64,000 nucleotides of DNA from Clostridia bacterium (GCA_045534555.1 JAZSJW010000010.1:10533-74532), one strand, 5' to 3'. Positions 20,641-30,694 are shown, counted from the stretch's first letter. Numbers and translations: made by a program. Notes: generated by a model not told the origin, from the sequence alone.

Positions 20641-22020
20641 ATGGAAAAAGAAGATTTCATCGTATCATCAATTCATTCCGTAGACATCAATAATATTTGG
20701 GAACAAGCAAAGAAATTGATTGAAAACAAAATTGCCGGAGTATCTTTTGATGTTTGGATTACAACTATTGAGCCAGTGGAGCTAAAAGGTAATTGCTTAA
20801 TTCTCGCAACACCAAGTTCTTCAAGCAAAAAAGTTTTAAAAAATAACTATAAAAACCAAATCACTGCATGCCTTAACGAAGTACATAATGCTATAACCAG
20901 TGTTGAGTTTGTTATAGGAAGTGCTGAAGAAGAACTTAAAGAAATAGAGATAGAACCTCAAGTCGTTGAAGAAAAACAAGAGTTGTCTTCTTCAAACTTT
21001 AATCCTAAATATACTTTTGATAATTTCGTTGTTGGAGCAAGTAACCAATTTGTTGCAGCCGCTGCTAAAGCAGTTGCACAAAACCCAGGCGGAAAATGGA
21101 ACCCACTATTTATTTATGGCGGTGTGGGTTTAGGTAAAACTCACCTATTGCATGCAATTGGGAGCTACATTTCCGAACACGAACCAAATAAAAAAGTAGT
21201 ATATGTAACTTGCCGAAATTTTGCTGATGACCTACTCGCTTATATTAGAGACAGTAAAAAAACAGCAACAGCTGATTTTAGAGCTAAATATAGATCTGCC
21301 GATGTTTTAATTATTGACGATATTCAAGGAATTATCAATAGAACTGCTGTTCAGAATGAGTTTTTTGATACATTTAATGATTTGCATCAAGCAGGAAAGC
21401 AAATTATAATTGCGTCAGATAAACCACCTAAAGATATTAATCCATTAGAAGAAAGACTTCGTTCTCGTTTTGAATGGGGTATGCTTGCAGATATTGGTAT
21501 TCCAGACCTTGATACAAAAGTTGCAATTCTTAGTAAAAAAGCTCAAATGGAACACTATAACGTCTCTCGTGACGTTCTTGAATTTATTGCAAGTGCTCAA
21601 ACAACTAACATTCGTGAACTAGAAGGCATGCTTGCAAGAACCGTATTTTTAGCAAGTCTTAAAGGGGAAAGCATCGCTTCTCTAGATATAGCTAAAGAAG
21701 CATTAAAAGATATTGCTGTTCAAGACGAAGCTGAAATCGATGCTGGAAAAATTGTAGACAATGTTTGTAAGTTCTTCAATATTAAAAAAGATGAAATCCT
21801 TGCAAGAAAAAGAACTAAAGAGGTTGCCTTAGCAAGACAAGTTGCAATGTATCTTATTTCGGACATGCTTGGCACGCCTTACGAATCTATTGGTAATATT
21901 TTCGGAAAAGACCATTCAACCGCAATTTATGCTAAAAACAAGATCATTGAAGACATGCAGAAAAACAAAAAACTTGCTACAGATGTAAATGACATTAAAC
22001 AAATGATTAAAGGAAAGTAA
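20641..22020 (+). CDS. dnaA: chromosomal replication initiator DnaA
   Basis: Walker A GGVGLGKTHLLHA, Walker B LIIDDIQ, sensor/box VII motifs and the C-terminal DNA-binding region KDHSTAIYA. Confidence 0.97.
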   Translation: MEKEDFIVSSIHSVDINNIWEQAKKLIENKIAGVSFDVWITTIEPVELKGNCLILATPSSSSKKVLKNNYKNQITACLNEVHNAITSVEFVIGSAEEELKEIEIEPQVVEEKQELSSSNFNPKYTFDNFVVGASNQFVAAAAKAVAQNPGGKWNPLFIYGGVGLGKTHLLHAIGSYISEHEPNKKVVYVTCRNFADDLLAYIRDSKKTATADFRAKYRSADVLIIDDIQGIINRTAVQNEFFDTFNDLHQAGKQIIIASDKPPKDINPLEERLRSRFEWGMLADIGIPDLDTKVAILSKKAQMEHYNVSRDVLEFIASAQTTNIRELEGMLARTVFLASLKGESIASLDIAKEALKDIAVQDEAEIDAGKIVDNVCKFFNIKKDEILARKRTKEVALARQVAMYLISDMLGTPYESIGNIFGKDHSTAIYAKNKIIEDMQKNKKLATDVNDIKQMIKGK

Positions 22021-22105
22021 TTTAAAAAAATATTTATACTTTGTTGCAAAAAAGATACAAATAAAATATAATTAAATTACAAACACTACTTATAAGGAGA
22101 AAATA

Positions 22106-23209
22106 ATGAAATTAATTTGTGAAGGGTTGGATTTAAGCGATGCTGTATTAAAAGTTATAAAAGCTACCGCAAACAGAACAACTAACCCAATTCTAGAAGG
22201 TATTAAAATTAAAGCTAGTCAAGACACTTTGACATTATCAGCAACAGACCTCGAAATATCTATCGAAAAAACAATTCCTGCAGATGTTAAAATTGAGGGC
22301 GAAATTGTTGTTCCGGGTAAATTCTTTGCTGAATTTATTAAAAAGTTATCTAACGAACAAATAGAACTTACTTTAACAGATAAAAATTCTCTTAAAATTA
22401 AATATACAGACTCTGAGGGCTTCATTCAATGTATGAATGCTGACGAATTCCCTGAGATAAAGAATTTAGTAGAGCCAGAAGTAATTGTAATTAACAAAAG
22501 CGATTTTAGAGATTTAATAAACAAAACAATTTTCTCTGTTGCTATTGATGACGCTAGACCAATTTTAAAAGGTTGCTTATTCGAAATTTCAAAAGATACT
22601 ATCACTTCTGTTGCACTAGATGGCTATCGTTTAGCTCTTGCAAAAAAACCTATCAAATCAACAAGTGCCGAATTTAGTTGCATTGTTCCTGCAAGAACAT
22701 TATCTGAAATTTCAAAAATTTTAGAGGGTGAAGATGAAGATATTGAAGTTTTAATTCAAAAGAATTATCTTCTTGTTAATGTCAACAATACTAGAGTTAT
22801 TACTAGACTTCTTGATGGCGACTTTATCCCATATAAACAAGTTATCCCTCAATCAGTTACTTCAACTGTAATTATTAATAAAAAACAACTTGAATACGGT
22901 CTAGAAAGAGCAAGCCTTCTTGCAAGAATGGATAAAAATAACCTTGTTAAGTTTGATGTTAGAGATAAGCTTTTAACTCTATCTAGCCAATCCGATATTG
23001 GTAACGTTACTGAAAATATTACAATTTCTCTAGATGGTAAAGATGTTACTATCGCATTCAATGCTAGATATATGAGTGAATGTATGAGAAATATTGAAGA
23101 TGAATTTATAAAAATCAACTTCACATCAAGTGTTGCACCATGCACAATAACATCTACAGATAAGGACGAATATTTATTCTTAATCCTTCCTGTAAGAATA
23201 GTATTATAA
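22106..23209 (+). CDS. dnaN: DNA polymerase III beta sliding clamp
   Basis: 367 aa, typical clamp N-terminus and three-domain length. Immediately downstream of dnaA. Confidence 0.93.
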   Translation: MKLICEGLDLSDAVLKVIKATANRTTNPILEGIKIKASQDTLTLSATDLEISIEKTIPADVKIEGEIVVPGKFFAEFIKKLSNEQIELTLTDKNSLKIKYTDSEGFIQCMNADEFPEIKNLVEPEVIVINKSDFRDLINKTIFSVAIDDARPILKGCLFEISKDTITSVALDGYRLALAKKPIKSTSAEFSCIVPARTLSEISKILEGEDEDIEVLIQKNYLLVNVNNTRVITRLLDGDFIPYKQVIPQSVTSTVIINKKQLEYGLERASLLARMDKNNLVKFDVRDKLLTLSSQSDIGNVTENITISLDGKDVTIAFNARYMSECMRNIEDEFIKINFTSSVAPCTITSTDKDEYLFLILPVRIVL

Positions 23210-23222
23210 GGAACTAATCATA

Positions 23223-23882
23223 ATGGAAAAAAATAAATCAAAAATTTCTACAATTCTTTTATACATTGTTTTGGCTTTAAGCGTTGTTCATTTAACATTT
23301 CTTATTTTAAGCCTTCTAGATGTATTACCTATCGCATTTCTTGAAACAATTAATTTTAACTATATTTTAGCTTTCGCTCTTGTTGTAATTTGCTTGCTCT
23401 TATACATCGGATTTATGTTTGTTGAAAAATCAAAAAAACTTACTATTCCTGAATGGTTTAAAATTACATTCTATGTTGGCTTCTATCTTTTCACAAACAT
23501 TTATTACTTCTTTGGATTATACTCAACAATTGCAGGTTTAATTATTTTCTATATTTATCTTGCATTTGTATTAAACATTATTGCTCTTTCTGTATTTTTC
23601 AATACTCAAAAAAGCGAAACTAATGTTTTAAAAACCACTACTACTTACACAGTAATTACAACTTTTGCTTACTCTGTTGCATTCTTTGCACTTTCAGAAA
23701 CAATAATCTCTGCCTTAAAACTTCTATTCTTTAGAACAAGCACATTCGCAACATTATCAATGTTTGTTATTGATATGTGCACAGGCTTATTAGTTTCTAT
23801 TGTAATGGCATTAATCTTTGCATTATCTTTAACAAAAAGAAAAGTTGTTATCAATAAATGCTTAATCAAATATTATAATTAA
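23223..23882 (+). CDS. integral membrane protein, function unknown
   Basis: 219 aa with about 6 hydrophobic helices. It occupies the position where yaaA/recF follow dnaN in canonical Bacillota. Confidence 0.5.
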   Translation: MEKNKSKISTILLYIVLALSVVHLTFLILSLLDVLPIAFLETINFNYILAFALVVICLLLYIGFMFVEKSKKLTIPEWFKITFYVGFYLFTNIYYFFGLYSTIAGLIIFYIYLAFVLNIIALSVFFNTQKSETNVLKTTTTYTVITTFAYSVAFFALSETIISALKLLFFRTSTFATLSMFVIDMCTGLLVSIVMALIFALSLTKRKVVINKCLIKYYN

Positions 23883-23889
23883 TAATTTA

Positions 23890-23916
23890 CTCCGCAATAC
23901 ACTTGCGGAGTTTTTT
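23890..23916 (+). terminator. intrinsic terminator
   Basis: Stem CTCCGCAA (23890-23897) / TTGCGGAG (23903-23910) plus a T-run. Confidence 0.7.
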
Positions 23917-23954
23917 ATTTAAGGTTTAAATTTAACTTATTTAAGACAATGTTC

Positions 23955-23984
23955 TTGACAAATCATTATTTTATCTTTTATAAT
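23955..23984 (+). promoter_or_regulatory. consensus sigma-70-type promoter for the rpmH operon
   Basis: TTGACA (23955-23960), an 18-nt spacer, then TATAAT (23979-23984), about 50 nt upstream of the rpmH ATG. Confidence 0.55.
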
Positions 23985-24035
23985 AACAACACTATGTGTA
24001 TTTCATAGATATTAAAATATTTTAAGGAGCAGAAC

Positions 24036-24170
24036 ATGAAAAGAACTTATCAACCTAAAAAAGCAAACAGAAAAAAAGTTCATGGATTTAGAGCAAGAAT
24101 GGCTACTAAAGGTGGCAGAAGAGTTATTGCTCGTCGTAGAAACAAAGGCAGAGCTAAAGTTGCTGCTTAA
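24036..24170 (+). CDS. rpmH: 50S ribosomal protein L34
   Basis: 44-aa ORF absent from the ORF track because it is under 60 aa: [53 protein letters not shown]. Directly upstream of rnpA. Confidence 0.92.
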   Translation: MKRTYQPKKANRKKVHGFRARMATKGGRRVIARRRNKGRAKVAA

Positions 24171-24184
24171 TTCTTGGTGTAATT

Positions 24185-24523
24185 ATGCTTAAACAAAAAT
24201 ATAGACTTAAAAAGAAATATCAGTTTAACTATGTCTATAGAGTGGGAAAATCTTGCCATGGCAGATTTCTTATGCTTGTTTATAGTCCAAGTAAAAACCA
24301 AAATGTCAAAATTGGGATATCTGTAAGCAAGAAGGTGGGCAACGCGGTGAAGAGAAACCGTGCCCGCCGATTATTACGTGAAGCGATATCTCCTTTTTTG
24401 TCTACACTAAATCCTAACTACAATTTAATTATTGTTGCAAAACAGTCCATTGTTGGACAAAAGTTAAATTCCGTTTATACCGACCTTCAACATATCATTG
24501 ATAAGGCAGGTCTTATAAACTAA
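24185..24523 (+). CDS. rnpA: ribonuclease P protein component
   Basis: 112 aa, with the RNR motif AVKRNRARRLLRE. Lies in rpmH-rnpA synteny. Confidence 0.9.
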   Translation: MLKQKYRLKKKYQFNYVYRVGKSCHGRFLMLVYSPSKNQNVKIGISVSKKVGNAVKRNRARRLLREAISPFLSTLNPNYNLIIVAKQSIVGQKLNSVYTDLQHIIDKAGLIN

Positions 24524-24798
24524 TGAAAAAGATACTTATTTTTATTGTAAACATTCCCAAATATATTGGGCAAGGTTTAATCTGGGTTTACAAAAAATGC
24601 ATCTCTCCTTTTCTTCCCCATGTATGCAAATTTACCCCAACTTGTAGCACTTATACTTTTCAAAGTATTCAAGAGTGGGGTTTTTTTAAAGGCTCTTTTC
24701 TCGGTTTCAAAAGATTACTTAGGTGTAACCCTTGGTCTAAAGGTGGCCTTGACCCAGTAAAAACAAATATTAAAGGAGATTATAAATGGTTAATGTAG
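24523..24798 (+). CDS. yidD: membrane protein insertion efficiency factor YidD
   Basis: Conserved CKFTPTCSTY motif. Positioned between rnpA and yidC. Confidence 0.85.
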   Translation: MKKILIFIVNIPKYIGQGLIWVYKKCISPFLPHVCKFTPTCSTYTFQSIQEWGFFKGSFLGFKRLLRCNPWSKGGLDPVKTNIKGDYKWLM

Positions 24799-26120
24799 CT
24801 ATGCTTTTATCTTCCGTAAAAGCGCCATCTGGCTTATGGGAGACAATACTAAACTGGCTTGAGGGCGGCATTGTAAATTATGGCTGGGTTATTATAGTTT
24901 TCACCCTGCTTGTAAAACTTTGCTTATCACCTTTAGACTTTTTAATTAGATTTTCAAATAAGAAATCTACGCTTGTACAAAGAAAACTAGCACCTCAAAT
25001 TGCTAGAATTAATAAAAAATATGCAAATGATAAAAACCAAGCACAACTTCAAACAAATGCCCTTTATAAAAAAGAGGGTTTTAACGTTTTTGGTTCTTGT
25101 ATAATTATGCTTATCAATCTTGCAGTGACAATGACTGTATTCTTAACATTATTCAACGCTCTTAGAATTGAAAGTGCATATAAAGCAATCAGCCAATATG
25201 ACGCAATGCAAGTAGCATATACTCAAAGTTATGAAAATAAACTTGGTGATGTAAAAACTGACTTTATTAATAAATTCACAGAATACAACAAAACTTCAGA
25301 AGGAGTTAGTGTTACATACCAAACATATCAAACCTCTTTTGAGGGCGAGAGTGGTATTTACAATCTTTATTTTGCTTTATCACCATTAAAAAATGAGAAT
25401 GGTGAAGAAATCACTTTATCAGAAGAACAACAAAATATTTTAAATACAACACTTACCAACGGAACAAATGAAAAAACAATTGCGACAATGCTTCAAGATA
25501 GCGGAATGTTAGCACACAACGCTGGAAGTGAAGCCGCAAGTGAAACTTGGAAAGAAGTTAAAGACAGTTGGCTTTGGATTGAAAACCTTTGGGTTTCTGA
25601 CAATCACAAAAGTCCTCTACCTACTTATAGCGACCTAAAGGAACTTGCTAAAAGTTCAAAACAAAAAGAATATATCTCTTATGTAAAAAATATTAATGCA
25701 GACTTATATAACACTGTAACTGGGTCCGTTCAAAAAAGTAATGATAGATGGAATGGTTACTTCATATTAGCAATTTTAGCTGCTGCAACATCATTCCTAT
25801 CTCAATATGTTTCAGAACTTATGAACAAATCTAAAAACAAACATGTAAATCAAATGATGGAACAAAATAACCCAACTGGCGGAACAATGAAGTTTATGAA
25901 AATTCTTCTTCCTGCAATGATGGTTATATTCGTTCTAACCTCATCATCTGCATTTGGTATTTACATTGTTTGGAGCTCTCTAATTTCTATGGGATTATCT
26001 GCTGTAATCGGAGCTATTGTCAATGCTTGCTTCAAGAAAAAAGAAGAAGAAATTATGGTTAGCTTAGAAAAAGAAGTAGTTCGTTCAATAAAAAAACTAA
26101 ACAAGCAAAAGAATAAATAG
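24786..26120 (+). CDS. yidC: YidC/Oxa1-family membrane insertase with a large loop insertion
   Basis: TM1 VIIVFTLLVKLCLSPL, C1 loop LAPQIARINKKYANDKNQAQLQTNALYKKEGFN, and WLWIENLWVSDN after TM2. AAAGGAG RBS before ATG 24786. Confidence 0.85.
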   Translation: MVNVAMLLSSVKAPSGLWETILNWLEGGIVNYGWVIIVFTLLVKLCLSPLDFLIRFSNKKSTLVQRKLAPQIARINKKYANDKNQAQLQTNALYKKEGFNVFGSCIIMLINLAVTMTVFLTLFNALRIESAYKAISQYDAMQVAYTQSYENKLGDVKTDFINKFTEYNKTSEGVSVTYQTYQTSFEGESGIYNLYFALSPLKNENGEEITLSEEQQNILNTTLTNGTNEKTIATMLQDSGMLAHNAGSEAASETWKEVKDSWLWIENLWVSDNHKSPLPTYSDLKELAKSSKQKEYISYVKNINADLYNTVTGSVQKSNDRWNGYFILAILAAATSFLSQYVSELMNKSKNKHVNQMMEQNNPTGGTMKFMKILLPAMMVIFVLTSSSAFGIYIVWSSLISMGLSAVIGAIVNACFKKKEEEIMVSLEKEVVRSIKKLNKQKNK

Positions 26121-26129
26121 GAGAAAATT

Positions 26130-26786
26130 ATGAAAAGTATTGAAACTCAAGGAAAAACCGTTGACCAAGCAATTGAACTTGGATTATATAAACTAGAAAC
26201 AACTCGTGACAAAGTTAAAATCTCTATTATAGAAGAAGCTGGTCTATTTAATAAGGCTAGAGTAAAAATCACTTTAGATGAAGCTAGCGAAACTGAAACT
26301 ATCGTAAAAAATCTTGTTGAAGAATTAATCTCTAAAATGGGTTTAGAATTAGATGTTACTGTTGAAGAACAAGAAGAACAATTTTTAGTTGATGTTACTG
26401 GCCAAGATGCTGCTCTTCTAATCGGTAAACGTGGTGAAAGCCTAGATGCATTTAGCTTTTTAGTTAACAACATATATAATAAAGGCAAAAAACACGAAGA
26501 ATACAAAAAAGTTGTTGTTGATAGCAATAATTATAAAAATAAAAGAGAAGATACTTTAAAAATATTAGCTGAAAGAATGGCAGCTAAAGCAGTTAGAGAA
26601 AATAGAGACATAAGAATGGAACCTATGAATGCTAACGAAAGAAGACTTATCCACTCTGCCCTTTCAGAACATTCTAAGGTTGAAACTGAAAGTCAAGGAA
26701 ACGAGCCTAACAGATATGTAGTTATTAAGTTAAAAAACAAAAATAACAAACCAACAGAAACTGAAAATCGTTCACATAACGACTAA
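26130..26786 (+). CDS. jag: Jag/KhpB RNA-binding protein (Jag_N, KH, R3H)
   Basis: KH GxxG region LIGKRGESLDAF and R3H motif ERRLIHSAL. Lies in yidC-jag synteny. Confidence 0.8.
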   Translation: MKSIETQGKTVDQAIELGLYKLETTRDKVKISIIEEAGLFNKARVKITLDEASETETIVKNLVEELISKMGLELDVTVEEQEEQFLVDVTGQDAALLIGKRGESLDAFSFLVNNIYNKGKKHEEYKKVVVDSNNYKNKREDTLKILAERMAAKAVRENRDIRMEPMNANERRLIHSALSEHSKVETESQGNEPNRYVVIKLKNKNNKPTETENRSHND

Positions 26787-26796
26787 AAATACTAAA

Positions 26797-26825
26797 AGCA
26801 CTCTCATATTCTAGAGTGCTTTTTC
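26797..26825 (+). terminator. intrinsic terminator
   Basis: Stem AGCACTCT (26797-26804) / AGAGTGCT (26813-26820) plus a T-run. Confidence 0.7.
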
Positions 26826-26890
26826 TTTGACAAAAAAATTTAGATAAAAAAATATTGTATTTTTCTTATTAATGTATTATAATTCATGCT

Positions 26891-28240
26891 ATGAATAATA
26901 TAGTTAATGATACAATTGTTGCAATATCTACCCCACTTAGTAGCGGGGCTATTTCTATTATAAGAATGTCGGGAGATAACGCAATAGCGATTGCTGATAA
27001 GGTTTTTGAAAGTAAAAAAAATAAAAAACCATCATCTTTTACACCAAGAATGTTAACACTAGGAACTTTCTCTTGCCCAGAATTTAAGGAGCAAGCACTT
27101 TGTGTTGTGTTCAAAAATCCAAACAGTTTTACTGGTGAAGATATGGTTGAGTTTCAATGCCATGGTGGAGTTTTAATCACCAAAGGTATTTTATCCACCC
27201 TTATAAATAACGGAGCTAAACTTGCATCTCCTGGAGAATTCACAAAACGAGCTTTCATGAATGGCAAAATGGCTTTATCTGATGCTGAAGGTATGATGGA
27301 CATGATTAATGCCCAAAGCGAAGCTGAAATCAGAGCTGGTTATAACCTACTCTCTGGAGAACTTAGCAAAACCGCCTTTTCTGCACAGGAAGAATTAACT
27401 GACATTTTATCCGAAATCGAAGTTTCTTTTGATTATCCTGAAGAAACAATTGAATATATAACAAAATCTAATGCAAAAGAACGTCTTGAAGCTCTTGAAC
27501 AAACAATATCTAATGTTTTAGCAACTTCAAGCACTGGCAAAATGATTAAAGATGGTGTAAATGTTGTAATACTTGGAAAACCAAATGTTGGTAAATCTAG
27601 TTTGTTAAATGCCTTATTAAAAGATGAAAAAGCTATTGTAACACCAATTGCTGGAACAACTAGAGATATTATAGAAGCATCTCTATCAATTAAAGGTTTA
27701 AGATTTAATCTATACGATACCGCCGGTATTAGAGAAACTGAAGATGAAGTTGAAAAAATTGGTGTTGATAAAGCTAAAAACACTATATCTTCTGCTGATA
27801 TTATTCTTTTCGTTAAGGACACAGAACAAGATGACGAAGAAGATAAAGAAGTTAAAAAACTTTTAAAAGACAGAAAACATATAATCATCATCAACAAAAG
27901 CGATAAAACTAATGATTTTTCTGTTAAAAACAATACCATTCACATTTCTGCACTTAAAAAACAAAATATTGATGTATTAACAGACCAATTATATTCTCTT
28001 GCTAACGACAATAAAGATATGTCTGGTGGACTTATAATTGCAAATCAAAGACATGTAGATGCTTTAACAAGAGCAAAAAATCACCTACAAGACGCAATTA
28101 GTGCTATTAACGATTATTCTTTAGACTTAATAACCATAGACCTAAATTTAGCTTATTCTGCCCTTGGCGAAATAACTGGCAATACAACAAATGAAGAAAT
28201 ACTAAATGCTATATTTAGTAAGTTTTGTTTAGGAAAATAA
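26891..28240 (+). CDS. mnmE: tRNA modification GTPase MnmE
   Basis: N-terminal DTIVAISTP, G1 GKPNVGKSSLLNAL, G3 DTAGIRE and the C-terminal FCLGK tetrapeptide. Confidence 0.95.
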   Translation: MNNIVNDTIVAISTPLSSGAISIIRMSGDNAIAIADKVFESKKNKKPSSFTPRMLTLGTFSCPEFKEQALCVVFKNPNSFTGEDMVEFQCHGGVLITKGILSTLINNGAKLASPGEFTKRAFMNGKMALSDAEGMMDMINAQSEAEIRAGYNLLSGELSKTAFSAQEELTDILSEIEVSFDYPEETIEYITKSNAKERLEALEQTISNVLATSSTGKMIKDGVNVVILGKPNVGKSSLLNALLKDEKAIVTPIAGTTRDIIEASLSIKGLRFNLYDTAGIRETEDEVEKIGVDKAKNTISSADIILFVKDTEQDDEEDKEVKKLLKDRKHIIIINKSDKTNDFSVKNNTIHISALKKQNIDVLTDQLYSLANDNKDMSGGLIIANQRHVDALTRAKNHLQDAISAINDYSLDLITIDLNLAYSALGEITGNTTNEEILNAIFSKFCLGK

Positions 28241-28241
28241 T

Positions 28242-28778
28242 ATGGAAAAATTAATTATCGAACCTCTTAACATTGAAAAAGATATTCCGATTATTAAATC
28301 GTGGGAAGAAAAATATTCTAACCACCCTAAATTTAATGAAATTAAACATTTTATTTTGGAAGACAACACTTATTATGGCTTAGACGAAGTTATTCTAACA
28401 AACTACGAATTTTTTCATATTGGTGATGACGAAAAAAAATTTTGTTTCTCAATAAAAAACAAAGAAAAACCTGTTGGATTTATTTTAGCTTGTCTATTTA
28501 ATATATCTAAAAATAATCCTGAATTAATTATTCAATATATTGTTTTAAATCCAGAATATCAAAATATAGGCTATGGAACAGAGGTTTTAAAAGAACTTTT
28601 AACTAATGCTGAACAATACTTTCATTATAAACCAAACGAAGTTTATGCTAATATCCAAAAAGAAAACAAATCTAGCTTAAACCTCTTTAGAAAATTCGGA
28701 TTTTCATTTACAAAAGCTCCATTTGATTACATTAGAGCTCATAAAACCATTAAAACTTTAGAAGAAGAAAAAATATAA
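28242..28778 (+). CDS. GNAT-family N-acetyltransferase
   Basis: Motif A: YQNIGYGTEVLKELL. The start is 1 nt after the mnmE stop. Confidence 0.6.
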   Translation: MEKLIIEPLNIEKDIPIIKSWEEKYSNHPKFNEIKHFILEDNTYYGLDEVILTNYEFFHIGDDEKKFCFSIKNKEKPVGFILACLFNISKNNPELIIQYIVLNPEYQNIGYGTEVLKELLTNAEQYFHYKPNEVYANIQKENKSSLNLFRKFGFSFTKAPFDYIRAHKTIKTLEEEKI

Positions 28779-28788
28779 AGGAACAACT

Positions 28789-30651
28789 ATGAATATTTTA
28801 AATTATGATGCTGTTGTTATCGGCGCAGGTCATGCCGGTTGCGAAAGTGCATTAGCCCTTGCTAGAACAAAACAAAAAACCGCACTAATAACTTTAGAAA
28901 AAGAAGGTGTGGCATTTTTAGCATGCAACCCAAGCATTGGGGGAACAGCTAAAGGTCATTTAGTCTGTGAAGTTGATGCTCTTGGTGGTCAAATGGGCAT
29001 AAATGCAGACAAAACCACTCTTCAACTTAGAATGCTTAATATGGGTAAAGGACCTGCTGTTCATTCGCTTCGTGCACAAGTAGATAAACATGCCTATCAC
29101 GACAATATGCTTGAAACTTTAGAAAATCAAGAAAATTTAGATTTAATTGAAGATGAAGCCATCGAAATTTTACAAGAAAACGGATTTGTAACTGGTGTAA
29201 AAACAAAACTTGGTAAACACATAAAATGCAAAGCTGTAATTGTTACTGCAGGCGTATATTTGAATTCAAGAACAATTATTGGTGAAGAAATAAAAGATAG
29301 TGGCCCTTCAGGTTTTAAAAACGCAAAAGGTGGACTAACTGAAAGCATGGAAAATCTCGGATATGAAATCCGCAGATTTAAAACAGGAACCCCACCAAGA
29401 CTATTATCGTCAACAATAGATTACTCTAAATTTGAAGTACAAAAAGGTGACAATAATATCCAAACTTTCTCTTTCATGACAAAAAAACAAAATAAAAACA
29501 CCCATGTTTGCTATCTTGGATATACAACCGAAACAACAAAAAAGATTATTTTAGACAATCTTGACAGGGCCCCAATGTATAGCGGAGTTATTACAGGAAC
29601 TGGCCCTAGATACTGCCCTTCTATTGAAACAAAGATTGTTAGATTTAGCGACAAAGAAAGACATCAAATATTTTTAGAGCCTGAAAGTGCTAGATGTAAT
29701 GAAATTTATGTTCAAGGAATGAGCACAAGCATGCCAAAAGATATTCAACATCAAATGGTAGAAAGTGTTTCGGGTCTTGAAAACAGTACAATTCTTCGTT
29801 ATGGATATGCTATTGAATATGACTGCATTAACCCACTTGGCATTTATGCAACTCTAGAATCTAAAAAGATAAAAGGATTATTCACCGCAGGTCAAATTAA
29901 TGGAACTAGCGGATATGAAGAAGCTGCTGCTCAAGGAATATTAGCAGGAATTAATGCAAGCTTATACCTAAGAGAAAAAGAACAAATAATTTTATCTAGA
30001 GACAGCTCTTATCTTGGTGTTTTGGTTGACGATTTAACAGTAAAAGGAACCATAGAACCATATAGAATGATGACCAGCCGTGCTGAATACAGACTTCTTT
30101 TAAGACAAGATAACGCAGATGCACGTTTAACACAAATTGGTAGAGATGTTGGCTTGGTTTCTGATGAAAGATACAATGCATACCTCAAAAAAATGAAAAA
30201 TGTAGAAAAAATTAAAAAACTTGCAAAAGAAACTTTCTTAAAACCTACCGAAGAATTACAAAACTTTTTAAATAGTGTTGGAGAAGCTCCTGCCCCTAAT
30301 GGATTATCTATAGAAACTCTTGCAAAGCGAAGTAAAGTTGAACCATTAGAAATAAAAAGAAAACTTAAATTATTAAAAAATTTCAAAAACTCAGAAGTAA
30401 ATCAAGCTCTTATAGAAATTAAATATGCAGGCTATCTTTCAAGACAAATGCAATTAATTGAAAAAGAGAAAAAACTTGAAGAAAGAAAACTTGATAGAGA
30501 TACGGATTACACTCTTATTAAGGGATTAAGAACTGAAGCTGCTCAAAAATTAAATGAAATAAAGCCTTTAACCATTGGCGAAGCAAGCCGCATAAGCGGA
30601 GTTAATCCAGCGGACATAACAATTCTTATTATGAATTCGACAAGAAAGTAA
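28789..30651 (+). CDS. mnmG: tRNA uridine 5-carboxymethylaminomethyl modification enzyme MnmG (GidA)
   Basis: FAD-binding VIGAGHAGCE, GPRYCPSIE and TSRAEYRLLLRQDNAD. Confidence 0.95.
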   Translation: MNILNYDAVVIGAGHAGCESALALARTKQKTALITLEKEGVAFLACNPSIGGTAKGHLVCEVDALGGQMGINADKTTLQLRMLNMGKGPAVHSLRAQVDKHAYHDNMLETLENQENLDLIEDEAIEILQENGFVTGVKTKLGKHIKCKAVIVTAGVYLNSRTIIGEEIKDSGPSGFKNAKGGLTESMENLGYEIRRFKTGTPPRLLSSTIDYSKFEVQKGDNNIQTFSFMTKKQNKNTHVCYLGYTTETTKKIILDNLDRAPMYSGVITGTGPRYCPSIETKIVRFSDKERHQIFLEPESARCNEIYVQGMSTSMPKDIQHQMVESVSGLENSTILRYGYAIEYDCINPLGIYATLESKKIKGLFTAGQINGTSGYEEAAAQGILAGINASLYLREKEQIILSRDSSYLGVLVDDLTVKGTIEPYRMMTSRAEYRLLLRQDNADARLTQIGRDVGLVSDERYNAYLKKMKNVEKIKKLAKETFLKPTEELQNFLNSVGEAPAPNGLSIETLAKRSKVEPLEIKRKLKLLKNFKNSEVNQALIEIKYAGYLSRQMQLIEKEKKLEERKLDRDTDYTLIKGLRTEAAQKLNEIKPLTIGEASRISGVNPADITILIMNSTRK

Positions 30652-30665
30652 CATTTTCTTAAATA

Positions 30666-30694
30666 TTGACATTTTATAAGTTATATATTATAAT
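30666..30694 (+). promoter_or_regulatory. consensus sigma-70-type promoter
   Basis: TTGACA (30666-30671), a 17-nt spacer, then TATAAT (30689-30694). The ORF-track TTG start at 30666 is this -35 hexamer. Confidence 0.5.
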
